Assembly (NCBI RefSeq): GCF_009914755.1
Contig: NC_060948.1
From: the human T2T-CHM13v2.0 reference genome, Homo sapiens
Reading direction: 5' to 3' (one strand)
DNA length: 64,000 nt
Position 1 is the stretch's first letter. Each line of letters opens with the position of its first letter. A model generated the notes under the pieces. The model was not told the origin of the DNA. It searched no databases and saw only the letters and a program-made list of their open reading frames with translations. The translations under genes and the position numbers were made by a program. This document shows, piece by piece, positions 42,825 to 62,178 of the stretch.

Positions 42825-44931
42825 AGATCCATATTTTTTAAATGAAAAAAAATTTCAAAGGTACTCTGCTTGGTACAATAATCAAATGTATAAACTGAGG
42901 AATAAAACATAACCATGAAACCTACTTATAACTGCATATGGAAAATACAGAGGATAATTTTTTAAATAACATATTTTGAAAGCCTTAACTAGTAATTTGA
43001 AGAGTTGGCATTTGAAAGGCCAGTATGAATATACCTTCAAAGCAGCAACACAGGTTCCCCATGAGAAAAAGCAAACACAGGGAAAATAAAAACACAAAGG
43101 TTCAATCTCTTCTGACCTTTGAAAGACACAGCACAGACAGTGGTCCTTAGGACGAAGAGCAGGAGACCCCTAATTCCGTCACCATGGCGATAGGGCATAA
43201 ACATTGCTGGGTGAGGGCACAATCCACATTGTGAGGTCCAACTGCTGCCAGGAAGACAGGAGTGCTTTTACATAGACCGAAAGGTCATTGAAGGCTCAGA
43301 GTTTTGTTTCAAGAACTGAATCCCAAGCCCACACGTTATTAGGCTGCGCTTCTTAAAACAAGTTATGAGATGGGAAAAAGGGCACCCACAAACATACGTA
43401 TACATAATGTATATAATAATATACAGTATCATATATATAATATATATAACCTATGTATAATATTGTTTTACATCCTGCATCCTATGTTATATATATTGTA
43501 TAAAATATAATAATTGATAATATATAAGTTTTATAATTATACAATATGACATATAGTATATATTATAATTTATGACATATATAATATATGTTATATATCA
43601 TATATAGAATATATTATACGGTTAATATACGTATTAAATATAAATTATACATTATATATATTATATATAATATATCTGTTATATATAATACCCATCATGC
43701 ATAATATATATATTATGTCTATGTTATATATAGTATAAAACAACATATAATAATATATAATTGTATATATAAAATGCGACATATAATATATATTATATTT
43801 TATAACATATGTAATATATATTATATATTATATATAATACGTTGTATGTATAATACCTATATTAAATATATATTATATGACTATGTTATTAATTACATGT
43901 CACATGTGTTATATATTATATATTTTACATAGAATATACCGGTTACATACAATATATACTATGTTACCTATAATGTATAATTTATTACATGTAAAATAAA
44001 GAATGCTATATATTATGTAAAATTTATAATATACAATATGTGGAATGTGATATATATAACATATAATATATGATATATGATATACAGTATATGATATATA
44101 ACATACAATATATGATTCCTAATATATATGGTATACAATATATATTTTATCATATGTATTCTATATGTTTTATATTCTGTTATATATAACTATTTGAAAT
44201 TATATATAACTGTATAATATTTTATGTAAATATGAAATATAATATATATAACTATATAATATATTATATATAACTATATATTATGTTATATATACTTTTA
44301 TAACATAATTTACATAAAATATCATAATATAATATATATTATATTATTTCATATTACATAATATATATTACATATCACCCAATATAACTAACATACATAA
44401 TATTATAATATAGATTATATTATGTTATATTAAATATCATATATATCATGTATCATATATTCTATAATATATATTACACATTATATAATATGTATGTTGT
44501 CTATTATGTGATATATATAAATATATATATAATTATATTTTTATACATATAACTAGATAAACATGTAATTCTACATATTTTCATTTATAATATGTAGAAT
44601 TATATAATCATATATAATTTTTTATATTCTATAAAAAATTTTATCATTATATAAATTATAATATATAAAAATTATAATATGTACTACAAATATATATATA
44701 TTATATATCATATATGATATAGTACCTTTGTTATATATCATAATACATATAAATGTGTATTATGTTATCTATAATTATATAATTTCATATATAAGATGTA
44801 TAATATGTATCATATATTATAGATGTTATGTAATATATATAGTATATATAAGATGACACAGGATAAATATTATATACTATGACATATAAAATATATGAGG
44901 TTATATGTTACATATAAGGCATAGCACATAA

Positions 44932-45246
<315 letters not shown>

Positions 45247-47353
45247 AGATCCATATTTTTTAAATGAAAAAAAATTTCAAAGGTACTCTGCTTGGTACAA
45301 TAATCAAATGTATAAACTGAGGAATAAAACATAACCATGAAACCTACTTATAACTGCATATGGAAAATACAGAGGATAATTTTTTAAATAACATATTTTG
45401 AAAGCCTTAACTAGTAATTTGAAGAGTTGGCATTTGAAAGGCCAGTATGAATATACCTTCAAAGCAGCAACACAGGTTCCCCATGAGAAAAAGCAAACAC
45501 AGGGAAAATAAAAACACAAAGGTTCAATCTCTTCTGACCTTTGAAAGACACAGCACAGACAGTGGTCCTTAGGACGAAGAGCAGGAGACCCCTAATTCCG
45601 TCACCATGGCGATAGGGCATAAACATTGCTGGGTGAGGGCACAATCCACATTGTGAGGTCCAACTGCTGCCAGGAAGACAGGAGTGCTTTTACATAGACC
45701 GAAAGGTCATTGAAGGCTCAGAGTTTTGTTTCAAGAACTGAATCCCAAGCCCACACGTTATTAGGCTGCGCTTCTTAAAACAAGTTATGAGATGGGAAAA
45801 AGGGCACCCACAAACATACGTATACATTATGTATATAATAATATACAGTATCATATATATAATATATATAACCTATGTATAATATTGTTTTACATCCTGC
45901 ATCTTATGTTATATATATTGTATAAAATATAATAATTGATAATATATAAGTTTTATAATTATACAATATGACATATAGTATATATTATAATTTATGGCAT
46001 ATATAATATATGTTATATATCATATATAGAATATATTATACGGTTAATATACGTATTAAATATAAATTATACATTATATATATTATATAAAATATATCTG
46101 TTATATATAATACCCATTATGCATAATATATATATTATGTCTATGTTATATATAGTATAAAACAACATATAATAATATATAATTGTATATATACAATGCG
46201 ACATATAATATATATTATATTTTATAACATATGTAATATATATTATATATTATATATAATACGTTGTATGTATAATACCTATATTAAATATATATTATAT
46301 GACTATGTTATTAATTACATGTCACATGTGTTATATATTATATATTTTACATAGAATATACCGGTTACATACAATATATACTATGTTACCTATAATGTAT
46401 AATTTATTACATGTAAAATAAAGAATGCAATATATTATGTATAATTTATAATATACAATATGTGGAATGTGATATATATAACATATAATATATGATATAT
46501 GATATACAGTATATGATATATAACATACAATATATGATTCCTAATATATATGGTATACAATATATATTTTATGATATGTATTCTATATGTTTTATATTCT
46601 GTTATATATAACTATTTGAAATTATATATAACTGTATAATATTTTATGTAAATATGTAATATAATATATATAACTATATAATATGTTATATATAACTATA
46701 TATTATGTTATATATACTTTTATAACATAATTTACATAAAATATCATAATATAATATATATTATATTATTTCATATTACATTATATATATTACATATCAC
46801 CCAATATAACTAACATACATAATATTATAATATAGATTATATTGTGTTATATTAAATATCATATATATCATGTATCATATATTCTATAATATATATTACA
46901 CATTATATAATATGTATGTTGTCTATTATGTGATATATATAACTATATATATAATTATATTTTTATACATATAACTAGATAAACATGTAATTCTACATAT
47001 TTTCATTTATAATATGTAGAATTATATAATCATATATAATTATTTATATTCTATAAAAAATTTTATCATTATATAAATTATAATATATAAAAATTATAAT
47101 ATGTACTACAAATATATATATATTATATATCATATATGATATAGTACCTTTGTTATATATCATAATACATATAAATGTGTATTATGTTATCTATAATTAT
47201 ATAATTTCATATATAAGATGTATAATATGTATCATATATTATATATGTTATGTAATATATATAGTATATATAAGATGACACAGGATAAATATTATATACT
47301 ATGACATATAAAATATATGAGGTTATATGTTACATATAAGGCAAAGCACATAA

Positions 47354-47668
<315 letters not shown>

Positions 47669-49768
47669 AGATCCATATTTTTTAAATGAAAAAAAATTTC
47701 AAAGGTACTCTGCTTGGTACAATAATCAAATGTATAAACTGAGGAATAAAACATAACCATGAAACCTACTTATAACTGCATATGGAAAATACAGAGGATA
47801 ATTTTTTAAATAACATATTTTGAAAGCCTTAACTAGTAATTTGAAGAGTTGGCATTTGAAAGGCCAGTATGAATATACCTTCAAAGCAGCAACACAGGTT
47901 CCCCATGAGAAAAAGCAAACACAGGGAAAATAAAAACACAAAGGTTCAATCTCTTCTGACCTTTGAAAGACACAGCACAGACAGTGGTCCTTAGGACGAA
48001 GAGCAGGAGACCCCTAATTCCGTCACCATGGCGATAGGGCATAAACATTGCTGGGTGAGGGCACAATCCACATTGTGAGGTCCAACTGCTGCCAGGAAGA
48101 CAGGAGTGCTTTTACATAGACCGAAAGGTCATTGAAGGCTCAGAGTTTTGTTTCAAGAACTGAATCCCAAGCCCACACGTTATTAGGCTGCGCTTCTTAA
48201 AACAAGTTATGAGATGGGAAAAAGGGCACCCACAAACATACGTATACATTATGTATATAATAATATACAGTATCATATATATAATATATATAACCTATGT
48301 ATAATATTGTTTTACATCCTGCATCCTATGTTATATATATTGTATAAAATATAATAATTGATAATATATAAGTTTTATAATTATACAATATGACATATAG
48401 TATATATTATAATTTATGACATATATAATATATGTTATATATCATATATAGAATATATTATACGGTTAATATACGTATTAAATATAAATTATACATTATA
48501 TATATTATATATAATATATCTGTTATATATAATACCCATTATGCATAATATATATATTATGTCTATGTTATATATAGTATAAAACAACATATAATAATAT
48601 ATAATTGTATATATAAAATGCGACATATAATATATATTATATTTTATAACATATGTAATATATATTATATATAATACGTTGTATGTATAATACCTATATT
48701 AAATATATATTATATGACTATGTTATTAATTACTTGTCACATGTGTTATATATTATATATTTTACATAGAATATACCGGTTACATACAATATATACTATG
48801 TTACCTATAATGTATAATTTATTACATGTAAAATAAAGAATGCAATATATTATGTATAATTTATAATATACAATATGTGGAATGTGATATATGTAACATA
48901 TAATATATGATATATGATATACAGTATATGATATATAACATACAATATATGATTCCTAATATATATGGTATACAATATATATTTTATGATATGTATTCTA
49001 TATGTTTTATATTCTGTTATATATAACTATTTGAAATTATATATAACTGTATAATATTTTATGTAAATATGTAATATAATATATATAACTATATAATATA
49101 TTATATATAACTATATATTATGTTATATATACTTTTATAACATAATTTACATAAAATATCATAATATAATATATATTATAATATTTCATATTACATAATA
49201 TATATTACATATCACCCAATATAACTAACATACATAATATTATAATATAGATTATATTATGTTATATTAAATATCATATATATCATGTATCATATATTCT
49301 ATAATATATATTACACATTATATAATATGTATGTTGTCTATTATGTGATATATATAACTATATATATAATTATATTTTTATACATATAACTGGATAAACA
49401 TGTAATTCTACATATTTTCATTTATAATATGTAGAATTATATAATCATATATAATTATTTATATTCTATAAAAAATTTTATCATTATATAAATTATAATA
49501 TATAAAAATTATAATATGTACTACAAATATATATATATTATATATCATATATGATATAGTACCTTTGTTATATATCATAATACATATAAATGTGTATTAT
49601 GTTATCTATAATTATATAATTTCATATATAAGATGTATAATATGTATCATATATTATATATGTTATGTAATATATATAGTATATATAAGATGACACAGGA
49701 TAAATATTATATACTATGACATATAAAATATATGAGGTTATATGTTACATATAAGGCAAAGCACATAA

Positions 49769-50083
<315 letters not shown>

Positions 50084-52182
50084 AGATCCATATTTTTTAA
50101 ATGAAAAAAAATTTCAAAGGTACTCTGCTTGGTACAATAATCAAATGTATAAACTGAGGAATAAAACATAACCATGAAACCTACTATAACTGCATATGGA
50201 AAATACAGAGGATAATTTTTTAAATAACATATTTTGAAAGCCTTAACTAGTAATTTGAAGAGTTGGCATTTGAAAGGCCAGTATGAATATACCTTCAAAG
50301 CAGCAACACAGGTTCCCCATGAGAAAAAGCAAACACAGGGAAAATAAAAACACAAAGGTTCAATCTCTTCTGACCTTTGAAAGACACAGCACAGACAGTG
50401 GTCCTTAGGACGAAGAGCAGGAGACCCCTAATTCCGTCACCATGGCGATAGGGCATAAACATTGCTGGGTGAGGGCACAATCCACATTGTGAGGTCCAAC
50501 TGCTGCCAGGAAGACAGGAGTGCTTTTACATAGACCGAAAGGTCATTGAAGGCTCAGAGTTTTGTTTCAAGAACTGAATCCCAAGCCCACACGTTATTAG
50601 GCTGCGCTTCTTAAAACAAGTTATGAGATGGGAAAAAGGGCACCCACAAACATACGTATACATTATGTATATAATAATATACAGTATCATATATATAATA
50701 TATATAACCTATGTATAATATTGTTTTACATCCTGCTTCCTATGTTATATATATTGTATAAAATATAATAATTGATAATATATAAGTTTTATAATTATAC
50801 AATATGACATATAGTATATATTATAATTTATGACATATATAATATATGTTATATATCATATATAGAATATATTATACGGTTAATATACGTATTAAATATA
50901 AATTATACATTATATATATTATATATAATATATCTGTTATATATAATACCCATTATGCATAATATATATATTATGTCTATGTTATATATAGTATAAAACA
51001 ACATATAATAATATATAATTGTATATATAAAATGCGACATATAATATATATTATATTTTATAACATATGTAATATATATTATATATAATACGTTGTATGT
51101 ATAATACCTATATTAAATATATATTATATGACTATGTTATTAATTACATGTCACATGTGTTATATATTATATATTTTACATAGAATATACTGGTTACATA
51201 CAATATATACTATGTTACCTATAATGTATAATTTATTACATGTAAAATAAAGAATGCAATATATTATGTATAATTTATAATATACAATATGTGGAATGTG
51301 ATATATGTAACATATAATATATGATATATGATATACAGTATATGATATATAACATACAATATATGATTCCTAATATATATGGTATACAATATATATTTTA
51401 TGATATGTATTCTATATGTTTTATATTCTGTTATATATAACTATTTGAAATTATATATAACTGTATAATATTTTATGTAAATATGTAATATAATATATAT
51501 AACTATATAATATATTATATATAACTATATATTATGTTATATATACTTTTATAACATAATTTACATAAAATATCATAATATAATATATATTATAATATTT
51601 CATATTACATAATATATATTACATATCACCCAATATAACTAACATACATAATATTATAATATAGATTATATTATGTTATATTAAATATCATATATATCAT
51701 GTATCATATATTCTATAATATATATTACACATTATATAATATGTATGTTGTCTATTATGTGATATATATAACTATATATATAATTATATTTTTATACATA
51801 TAACTAGATAAACATGTAATTCTACATATTTTCATTTATAATATGTAGAATTATATAATCATATATAATTATTTATATTCTATAAAAAATTTTATCATTA
51901 TATAAATTATAATATATAAAAATTATAATATGTACTACAAATATATATATATTATATATCATATATGATATAGTACCTTTGTTATATATCATAATACATA
52001 TAAATGTGTATTATGTTATCTATAATTATATAATTTCATATATAAGATGTATAATATGTATCATATATTATATATGTTATGTAATATATATAGTATATAT
52101 AAGATGACACAGGATAAATATTATATACTATGACATATAAAATATATGAGGTTATATGTTACATATAAGGCATAGCACATAA

Positions 52183-52497
<315 letters not shown>

Positions 52498-54604
52498 AGA
52501 TCCATATTTTTTAAATGAAAAAAAATTTCAAAGGTACTCTGCTTGGTACAATAATCAAATGTATAAACTGAGGAATAAAACATAACCATGAAACCTACTT
52601 ATAACTGCATATGGAAAATACAGAGGATAATTTTTTAAATAACATATTTTGAAAGCCTTAACTAGTAATTTGAAGAGTTGGCATTTGAAAGGCCAGTATG
52701 AATATACCTTCAAAGCAGCAACACAGGTTCCCCATGAGAAAAAGCAAACACAGGGAAAATAAAAACACAAAGGTTCAATCTCTTCTGACCTTTGAAAGAC
52801 ACAGCACAGACAGTGGTCCTTAGGACGAAGAGCAGGAGACCCCTAATTCCGTCACCATGGCGATAGGGCATAAACATTGCTGGGTGAGGGCACAATCCAC
52901 ATTGTGAGGTCCAACTGCTGCCAGGAAGACAGGAGTGCTTTTACATAGACCGAAAGGTCATTGAAGGCTCAGAGTTTTGTTTCAAGAACTGAATCCCAAG
53001 CCCACACGTTATTAGGCTGCGCTTCTTAAAACAAGTTATGAGATGGGAAAAAGGGCACCCACAAACATACGTATACATAATGTATATAATAATATACAGT
53101 ATCATATATATAATATATATAACCTATGTATAATATTGTTTTACATCCTGCATCCTATGTTATATATATTGTATAAAATATAATAATTGATAATATATAA
53201 GTTTTATAATTATACAATATGACATATAGTATATATTATAATTTATGACATATATAATATATGTTATATATCATATATAGAATATATTATACGGTTAATA
53301 TACGTATTAAATATAAATTATACATTATATATATTATATATAATATATCTGTTATATATAATACCCATTATGCATAATATATATATTATGTCTATGTTAT
53401 ATATAGTATAAAACAACATATAATAATATATAATTGTATATATAAAATGCGACATATAATATATATTATATTTTATAACATATGTAATATATATTATATA
53501 TTATATATAATACGTTGTATGTATAATACCTATATTAAATATATATTATATGACTATGTTATTAATTACATGTCACATGTGTTATATATTATATATTTTA
53601 CATAGAATATACCGGTTACATACAATATATACTATGTTACCTATAATGTATAATTTATTACATGTAAAATAAAGAATGCTATATATTATGTAAAATTTAT
53701 AATATACAATATGTGGAATGTGATATATATAACATATAATATATGATATATGATATACAGTATATGATATATAACATACAATATATGATTCCTAATATAT
53801 ATGGTATACAATATATATTTTATCATATGTATTCTATATGTTTTATATTCTGTTATATATAACTATTTGAAATTATATATAACTGTATAATATTTTATGT
53901 AAATATGAAATATAATATATATAACTATATAATATATTATATATAACTATATATTATGTTATATATACTTTTATAACATAATTTACATAAAATATCATAA
54001 TATAATATATATTATATTATTTCATATTACATAATATATATTACATATCACCCAATATAACTAACATACATAATATTATAATATAGATTATATTATGTTA
54101 TATTAAATATCATATATATCATGTATCATATATTCTATAATATATATTACACATTATATAATATGTATGTTGTCTATTATGTGATATATATAAATATATA
54201 TATAATTATATTTTTATACATATAACTAGATAAACATGTAATTCTACATATTTTCATTTATAATATGTAGAATTATATAATCATATATAATTTTTTATAT
54301 TCTATAAAAAATTTTATCATTATATAAATTATAATATATAAAAATTATAATATGTACTACAAATATATATATATTATATATCATATATGATATAGTACCT
54401 TTGTTATATATCATAATACATATAAATGTGTATTATGTTATCTATAATTATATAATTTCATATATAAGATGTATAATATGTATCATATATTATATATGTT
54501 ATGTAATATATATAGTATATATAAGATGACACAGGATAAATATTATATACTATGACATATAAAATATATGAGGTTATATGTTACATATAAGGCATAGCAC
54601 ATAA

Positions 54605-54919
<315 letters not shown>

Positions 54920-57024
54920 AGATCCATATTTTTTAAATGAAAAAAAATTTCAAAGGTACTCTGCTTGGTACAATAATCAAATGTATAAACTGAGGAATAA
55001 AACATAACCATGAAACCTACTTATAACTGCATATGGAAAATACAGAGGATAATTTTTTAAATAACATATTTTGAAAGCCTTAACTAGTAATTTGAAGAGT
55101 TGGCATTTGAAAGGCCAGTATGAATATACCTTCAAAGCAGCAACACAGGTTCCCCATGAGAAAAAGCAAACACAGGGAAAATAAAAACACAAAGGTTCAA
55201 TCTCTTCTGACCTTTGAAAGACACAGCACAGACAGTGGTCCTTAGGACGAAGAGCAGGAGACCCCTAATTCCGTCACCATGGCGATAGGGCATAAACATT
55301 GCTGGGTGAGGGCACAATCCACATTGTGAGGTCCAACTGCTGCCAGGAAGACAGGAGTGCTTTTACATAGACCGAAAGGTCATTGAAGGCTCAGAGTTTT
55401 GTTTCAAGAACTGAATCCCAAGCCCACACGTTATTAGGCTGCGCTTCTTAAAACAAGTTATGAGATGGGAAAAAGGGCACCCACAAACATACGTATACAT
55501 TATGTATATAATAATATACAGTATCATATATATAATATATATAACCTATGTATAATATTGTTTTACATCCTGCATCTTATGTTATATATATTGTATAAAA
55601 TATAATAATTGATAATATATAAGTTTTATAATTATACAATATGACATATAGTATATATTATAATTTATGGCATATATAATATATGTTATATATCATATAT
55701 AGAATATATTATACGGTTAATATACGTATTAAATATAAATTATACATTATATATATTATATAAAATATATCTGTTATATATAATACCCATTATGCATAAT
55801 ATATATATTATGTCTATGTTATATATAGTATAAAACAACATATAATAATATATAATTGTATATATACAATGCGACATATAATATATATTATATTTTATAA
55901 CATATGTAATATATATTATATATTATATATAATACGTTGTATGTATAATACCTATATTAAATATATATTATATGACTATGTTATTAATTACATGTCACAT
56001 GTGTTATATATTATATATTTTACATAGAATATACCGGTTACATACAATATATACTATGTTACCTATAATGTATAATTTATTACATGTAAAATAAAGAATG
56101 CAATATATTATGTATAATTTATAATATACAATATGTGGAATGTGATATATATAACATATAATATATGATATATGATATACAGTATATGATATATAACATA
56201 CAATATATGATTCCTAATATATATGGTATACAATATATATTTTATGATATGTATTCTATATGTTTTATATTCTGTTATATATAACTATTTGAAATTATAT
56301 ATAACTGTATAATATTTTATGTAAATATGTAATATAATATATATAACTATATAATATGTTATATATAACTATATATTATGTTATATATACTTTTATAACA
56401 TAATTTACATAAAATATCATAATATAATATATATTATATTATTTCATATTACATTATATATATTACATATCACCCAATATAACTAACATACATAATATTA
56501 TAATATAGATTATATTGTGTTATATTAAATATCATATATATCATGTATCATATATTCTATAATATATATTACACATTATATAATATGTATGTTGTCTATT
56601 ATGTGATATATATAACTATATATATAATTATATTTTTATACATATAACTAGATAAACATGTAATTCTACATCTTTTCATTTATAATATGTAGAATTATAT
56701 AATCATATATAATTATTTATATTCTATAAAAAATTTTATCATTATATAAATTATAATATATAAAAATTATAATATGTACTACACATATATATATTATATA
56801 TCATATATGATATAGTACCATTGTTATATATCATAATACATATAAATGTGTATTATGTTATCTATAATTATATAATTTCATATATAAGATGTATAATATG
56901 TATCATATATTATATATGTTATGTAATATATATAGTATATATAAGATGACACAGGATAAATATTATATACTATGACATATAAAATATATGAGGTTATATG
57001 TTACATATAAGGCATAGCACATAA

Positions 57025-57339
<315 letters not shown>

Positions 57340-59444
57340 AGATCCATATTTTTTAAATGAAAAAAAATTTCAAAGGTACTCTGCTTGGTACAATAATCAA
57401 ATGTATAAACTGAGGAATAAAACATAACCATGAAACCTACTTATAACTGCATATGGAAAATACAGAGGATAATTTTTTAAATAACATATTTTGAAAGCCT
57501 TAACTAGTAATTTGAAGAGTTGGCATTTGAAAGGCCAGTATGAATATACCTTCAAAGCAGCAACACAGGTTCCCCATGAGAAAAAGCAAACACAGGGAAA
57601 ATAAAAACACAAAGGTTCAATCTCTTCTGACCTTTGAAAGACACAGCACAGACAGTGGTCCTTAGGACGAAGAGCAGGAGACCCCTAATTCCGTCACCAT
57701 GGCGATAGGGCATAAACATTGCTGGGTGAGGGCACAATCCACATTGTGAGGTCCAACTGCTGCCAGGAAGACAGGAGTGCTTTTACATAGACCGAAAGGT
57801 CATTGAAGGCTCAGAGTTTTGTTTCAAGAACTGAATCCCAAGCCCACACGTGATTAGGCTGCGCTTCTTAAAACAAGTTATGAGATGGGAAAAAGGGCAC
57901 CCACAAACATACGTATACATTATGTATATAATAATATACAGTATCATATATATAATATATATAACCTATGTATAATATTGTTTTACATCCTGCATCTTAT
58001 GTTATATATATTGTATAAAATATAATAATTGATAATATATAAGTTTTATAATTATACAATATGACATATAGTATATATTATAATTTATGGCATATATAAT
58101 ATATGTTATATATCATATATAGAATATATTATACGGTTAATATACGTATTAAATATAAATTATACATTATATATATTATATATAATATATCTATTATATA
58201 TAATACCCATTATGCATAATATATATATTATGTCTATGTTATATATAGTATAAAACAACATATAATAATATATAATTGTATATATAAAATGCGACATATA
58301 ATATATATTATATTTTATAACATATGTAATATATATTATATATTATATATAATACGTTGTATGTATAATACCTATATTAAATATATATTATATGACTATG
58401 TTATTAATTACATGTCACATGTGTTATATATTATATATTTTACGTAGAATATACCGGTTACATACAATATATACTATGTTACCTATAATGTATAATTTAT
58501 TACATGTAAAATAAAGAATGCAATATATTATGTATAATTTATAATATACAATATGTGGAATGTGATATATATAACATATAATATATGATATATGATATAC
58601 AGTATATGATATATAACATACAATATATGATTCCTAATATATATGGTATACAATATATATTTTATGATATGTATTCTATATGTTTTATATTCTGTTATAT
58701 ATAACTATTTGAAATTATATATAACTGTATAATATTTTATGTAAATATGTAATATAATATATATAACTATATAATATGTTATATATAACTATATATTATG
58801 TTATATATACTTTTATAACATAATTTACATAAAATATCATAATATAATATATATTATATTATTTCATATTACATTATATATATTACATATCACCCAATAT
58901 AACTAACATACATAATATTATAATATAGATTATATTATGTTATATTAAATATCATATATATCATGTATCATATATTCTATAATATATATTACACATTATA
59001 TAATATGTATGTTGTCTATTATGTGATATATATAACTATATATATAATTATATTTTTATACATATAACTAGATAAACATGTAATTCTACATATTTTCATT
59101 TATAATATGTAGAATTATATAATCATATATAATTATTTATATTCTATAAAAAATTTTATCATTATATAAATTATAATATATAAAAATTATAATATGTACT
59201 ACACATATATATATTATATATCATATATGATACAGTACCATTGTTATATATCATAATACATATAAATGTGTATTATGTTATCTATAATTATATAATTTCA
59301 TATATAAGATGTATAATATGTATCATATATTACATATGTTATGTAATATATATAGTATATATAAGATGACACAGGATAAATATTATATACTATGACATAT
59401 AAAATATATGAGGTTATATGTTACATATAAGGCATAGCACATAA

Positions 59445-59759
<315 letters not shown>

Positions 59760-61863
59760 AGATCCATATTTTTTAAATGAAAAAAAATTTCAAAGGTACT
59801 CTGCTTGGTACAATAATCAAATGTATAAACTGAGGAATAAAACATAACCATGAAACCTACTTATAACTGCATATGGAAAATACAGAGGATAATTTTTTAA
59901 ATAACATATTTTGAAAGCCTTAACTAGTAATTTGAAGAGTTGGCATTTGAAAGGCCAGTATGAATATACCTTCAAAGCAGCAACACAGGTTCCCCATGAG
60001 AAAAAGCAAACACAGGGAAAATAAAAACACAAAGGTTCAATCTCTTCTGACCTTTGAAAGACACAGCACAGACAGTGGTCCTTAGGACGAAGAGCAGGAG
60101 ACCCCTAATTCCGTCACCATGGCGATAGGGCATAAACATTGCTGGGTGAGGGCACAATCCACATTGTGAGGTCCAACTGCTGCCAGGAAGACAGGAGTGC
60201 TTTTACATAGACCGAAAGGTCATTGAAGGCTCAGAGTTTTGTTTCAAGAACTGAATCCCAAGCCCACACGTTATTAGGCTGCGCTTCTTAAAACAAGTTA
60301 TGAGATGGGAAAAAGGGCACCCACAAACATACGTATACATTATGTATATAATAATATACAGTATCATATATATAATATATATAACCTATGTATAATATTG
60401 TTTTACATCCTGCATCCTATGTTATATATATTGTATAAAATATAATAATTGATAATATATAAGTTTTATAATTATACAATATGACATATAGTATATATTA
60501 TAATTTATGACATATATAATATATGTTATATGTCATATATAGAATATATTATACGGTTAATATACGTATTAAATATAAATTATACATTATATATATTATA
60601 TATAATATATCTGTTATATATAATACCCATTATGCATAATATATATATTATGTCTATGTTATATATAGTATAAAACAACATATAATAATATATAATTGTA
60701 TATATAAAATGCGACATATAATATATATTATATTTTATAACATATGTAATATATATTATATATTATATATAATACGTTGTATGTATAATACCTATATTAA
60801 ATATATATTATATGACTATGTTATTAATTACATGTCACATGTGTTATATATTATATATTTTACGTAGAATATACCGGTTACATACAATATATACTATGTT
60901 ACCTATAATTTACAATTTATTACATGTAAAATAAAGAATGCAATATATTATGTAAAATTTATAATATACCATATGTGGAATGTCATATATATAACATATA
61001 ATATATGATATATGATATACAGTATATGATATATAACATACAATATATGATTCCTAATATATATGGTATACAATATATATTTTATGATATGTATTCTATA
61101 TGTTTTATATTCTGTTATATATAACTATTTGAAATTATATATAACTGTATAATATTTTATGTAAATATGTAATATAATATATATAATATATAATATATTA
61201 TATATAACTATATATTATGTTATATATACTTTTATAACATAATTTACATAAAATATCATAATATAATATATATTATATTATTTCATATTACATAATATAT
61301 ATTACATATCACCCAATATAACTAACATACATAATATTATAATATAGATTATATTATGTTATATTAAATATCATATATATCATGTATCATATATTCTATA
61401 ATATATATTACACATTATATAATATGTATGTTGTCTATTATGTGATATATATAACTATATATATAATTATATTTTTATACATATAACTAGATAAACATGT
61501 AATTCTACATATTTTCATTTATAATATGTAGAATTATATAATCATATATAATTATTTATATTCTATAAAAAATTTTATCATTATATAAATTATAATATAT
61601 AAAAATTATAATATGTACTACAAATATATATATTATATATCATATATGATATAGTACCTTTGTTATATATCATAATACATATAAATGTGTATTATGTTAT
61701 CTATAATTATATAATTTCATATATAAGATGTATAATATGTATCATATATTACATATGTTATGTAATATATATAGTATATATAAGATGACACAGGATAAAT
61801 ATTATATACTATGACATATAAAATATATGAGGTTATATGTTACATATAAGGCATAGCACATAA

Positions 61864-62178
<315 letters not shown>

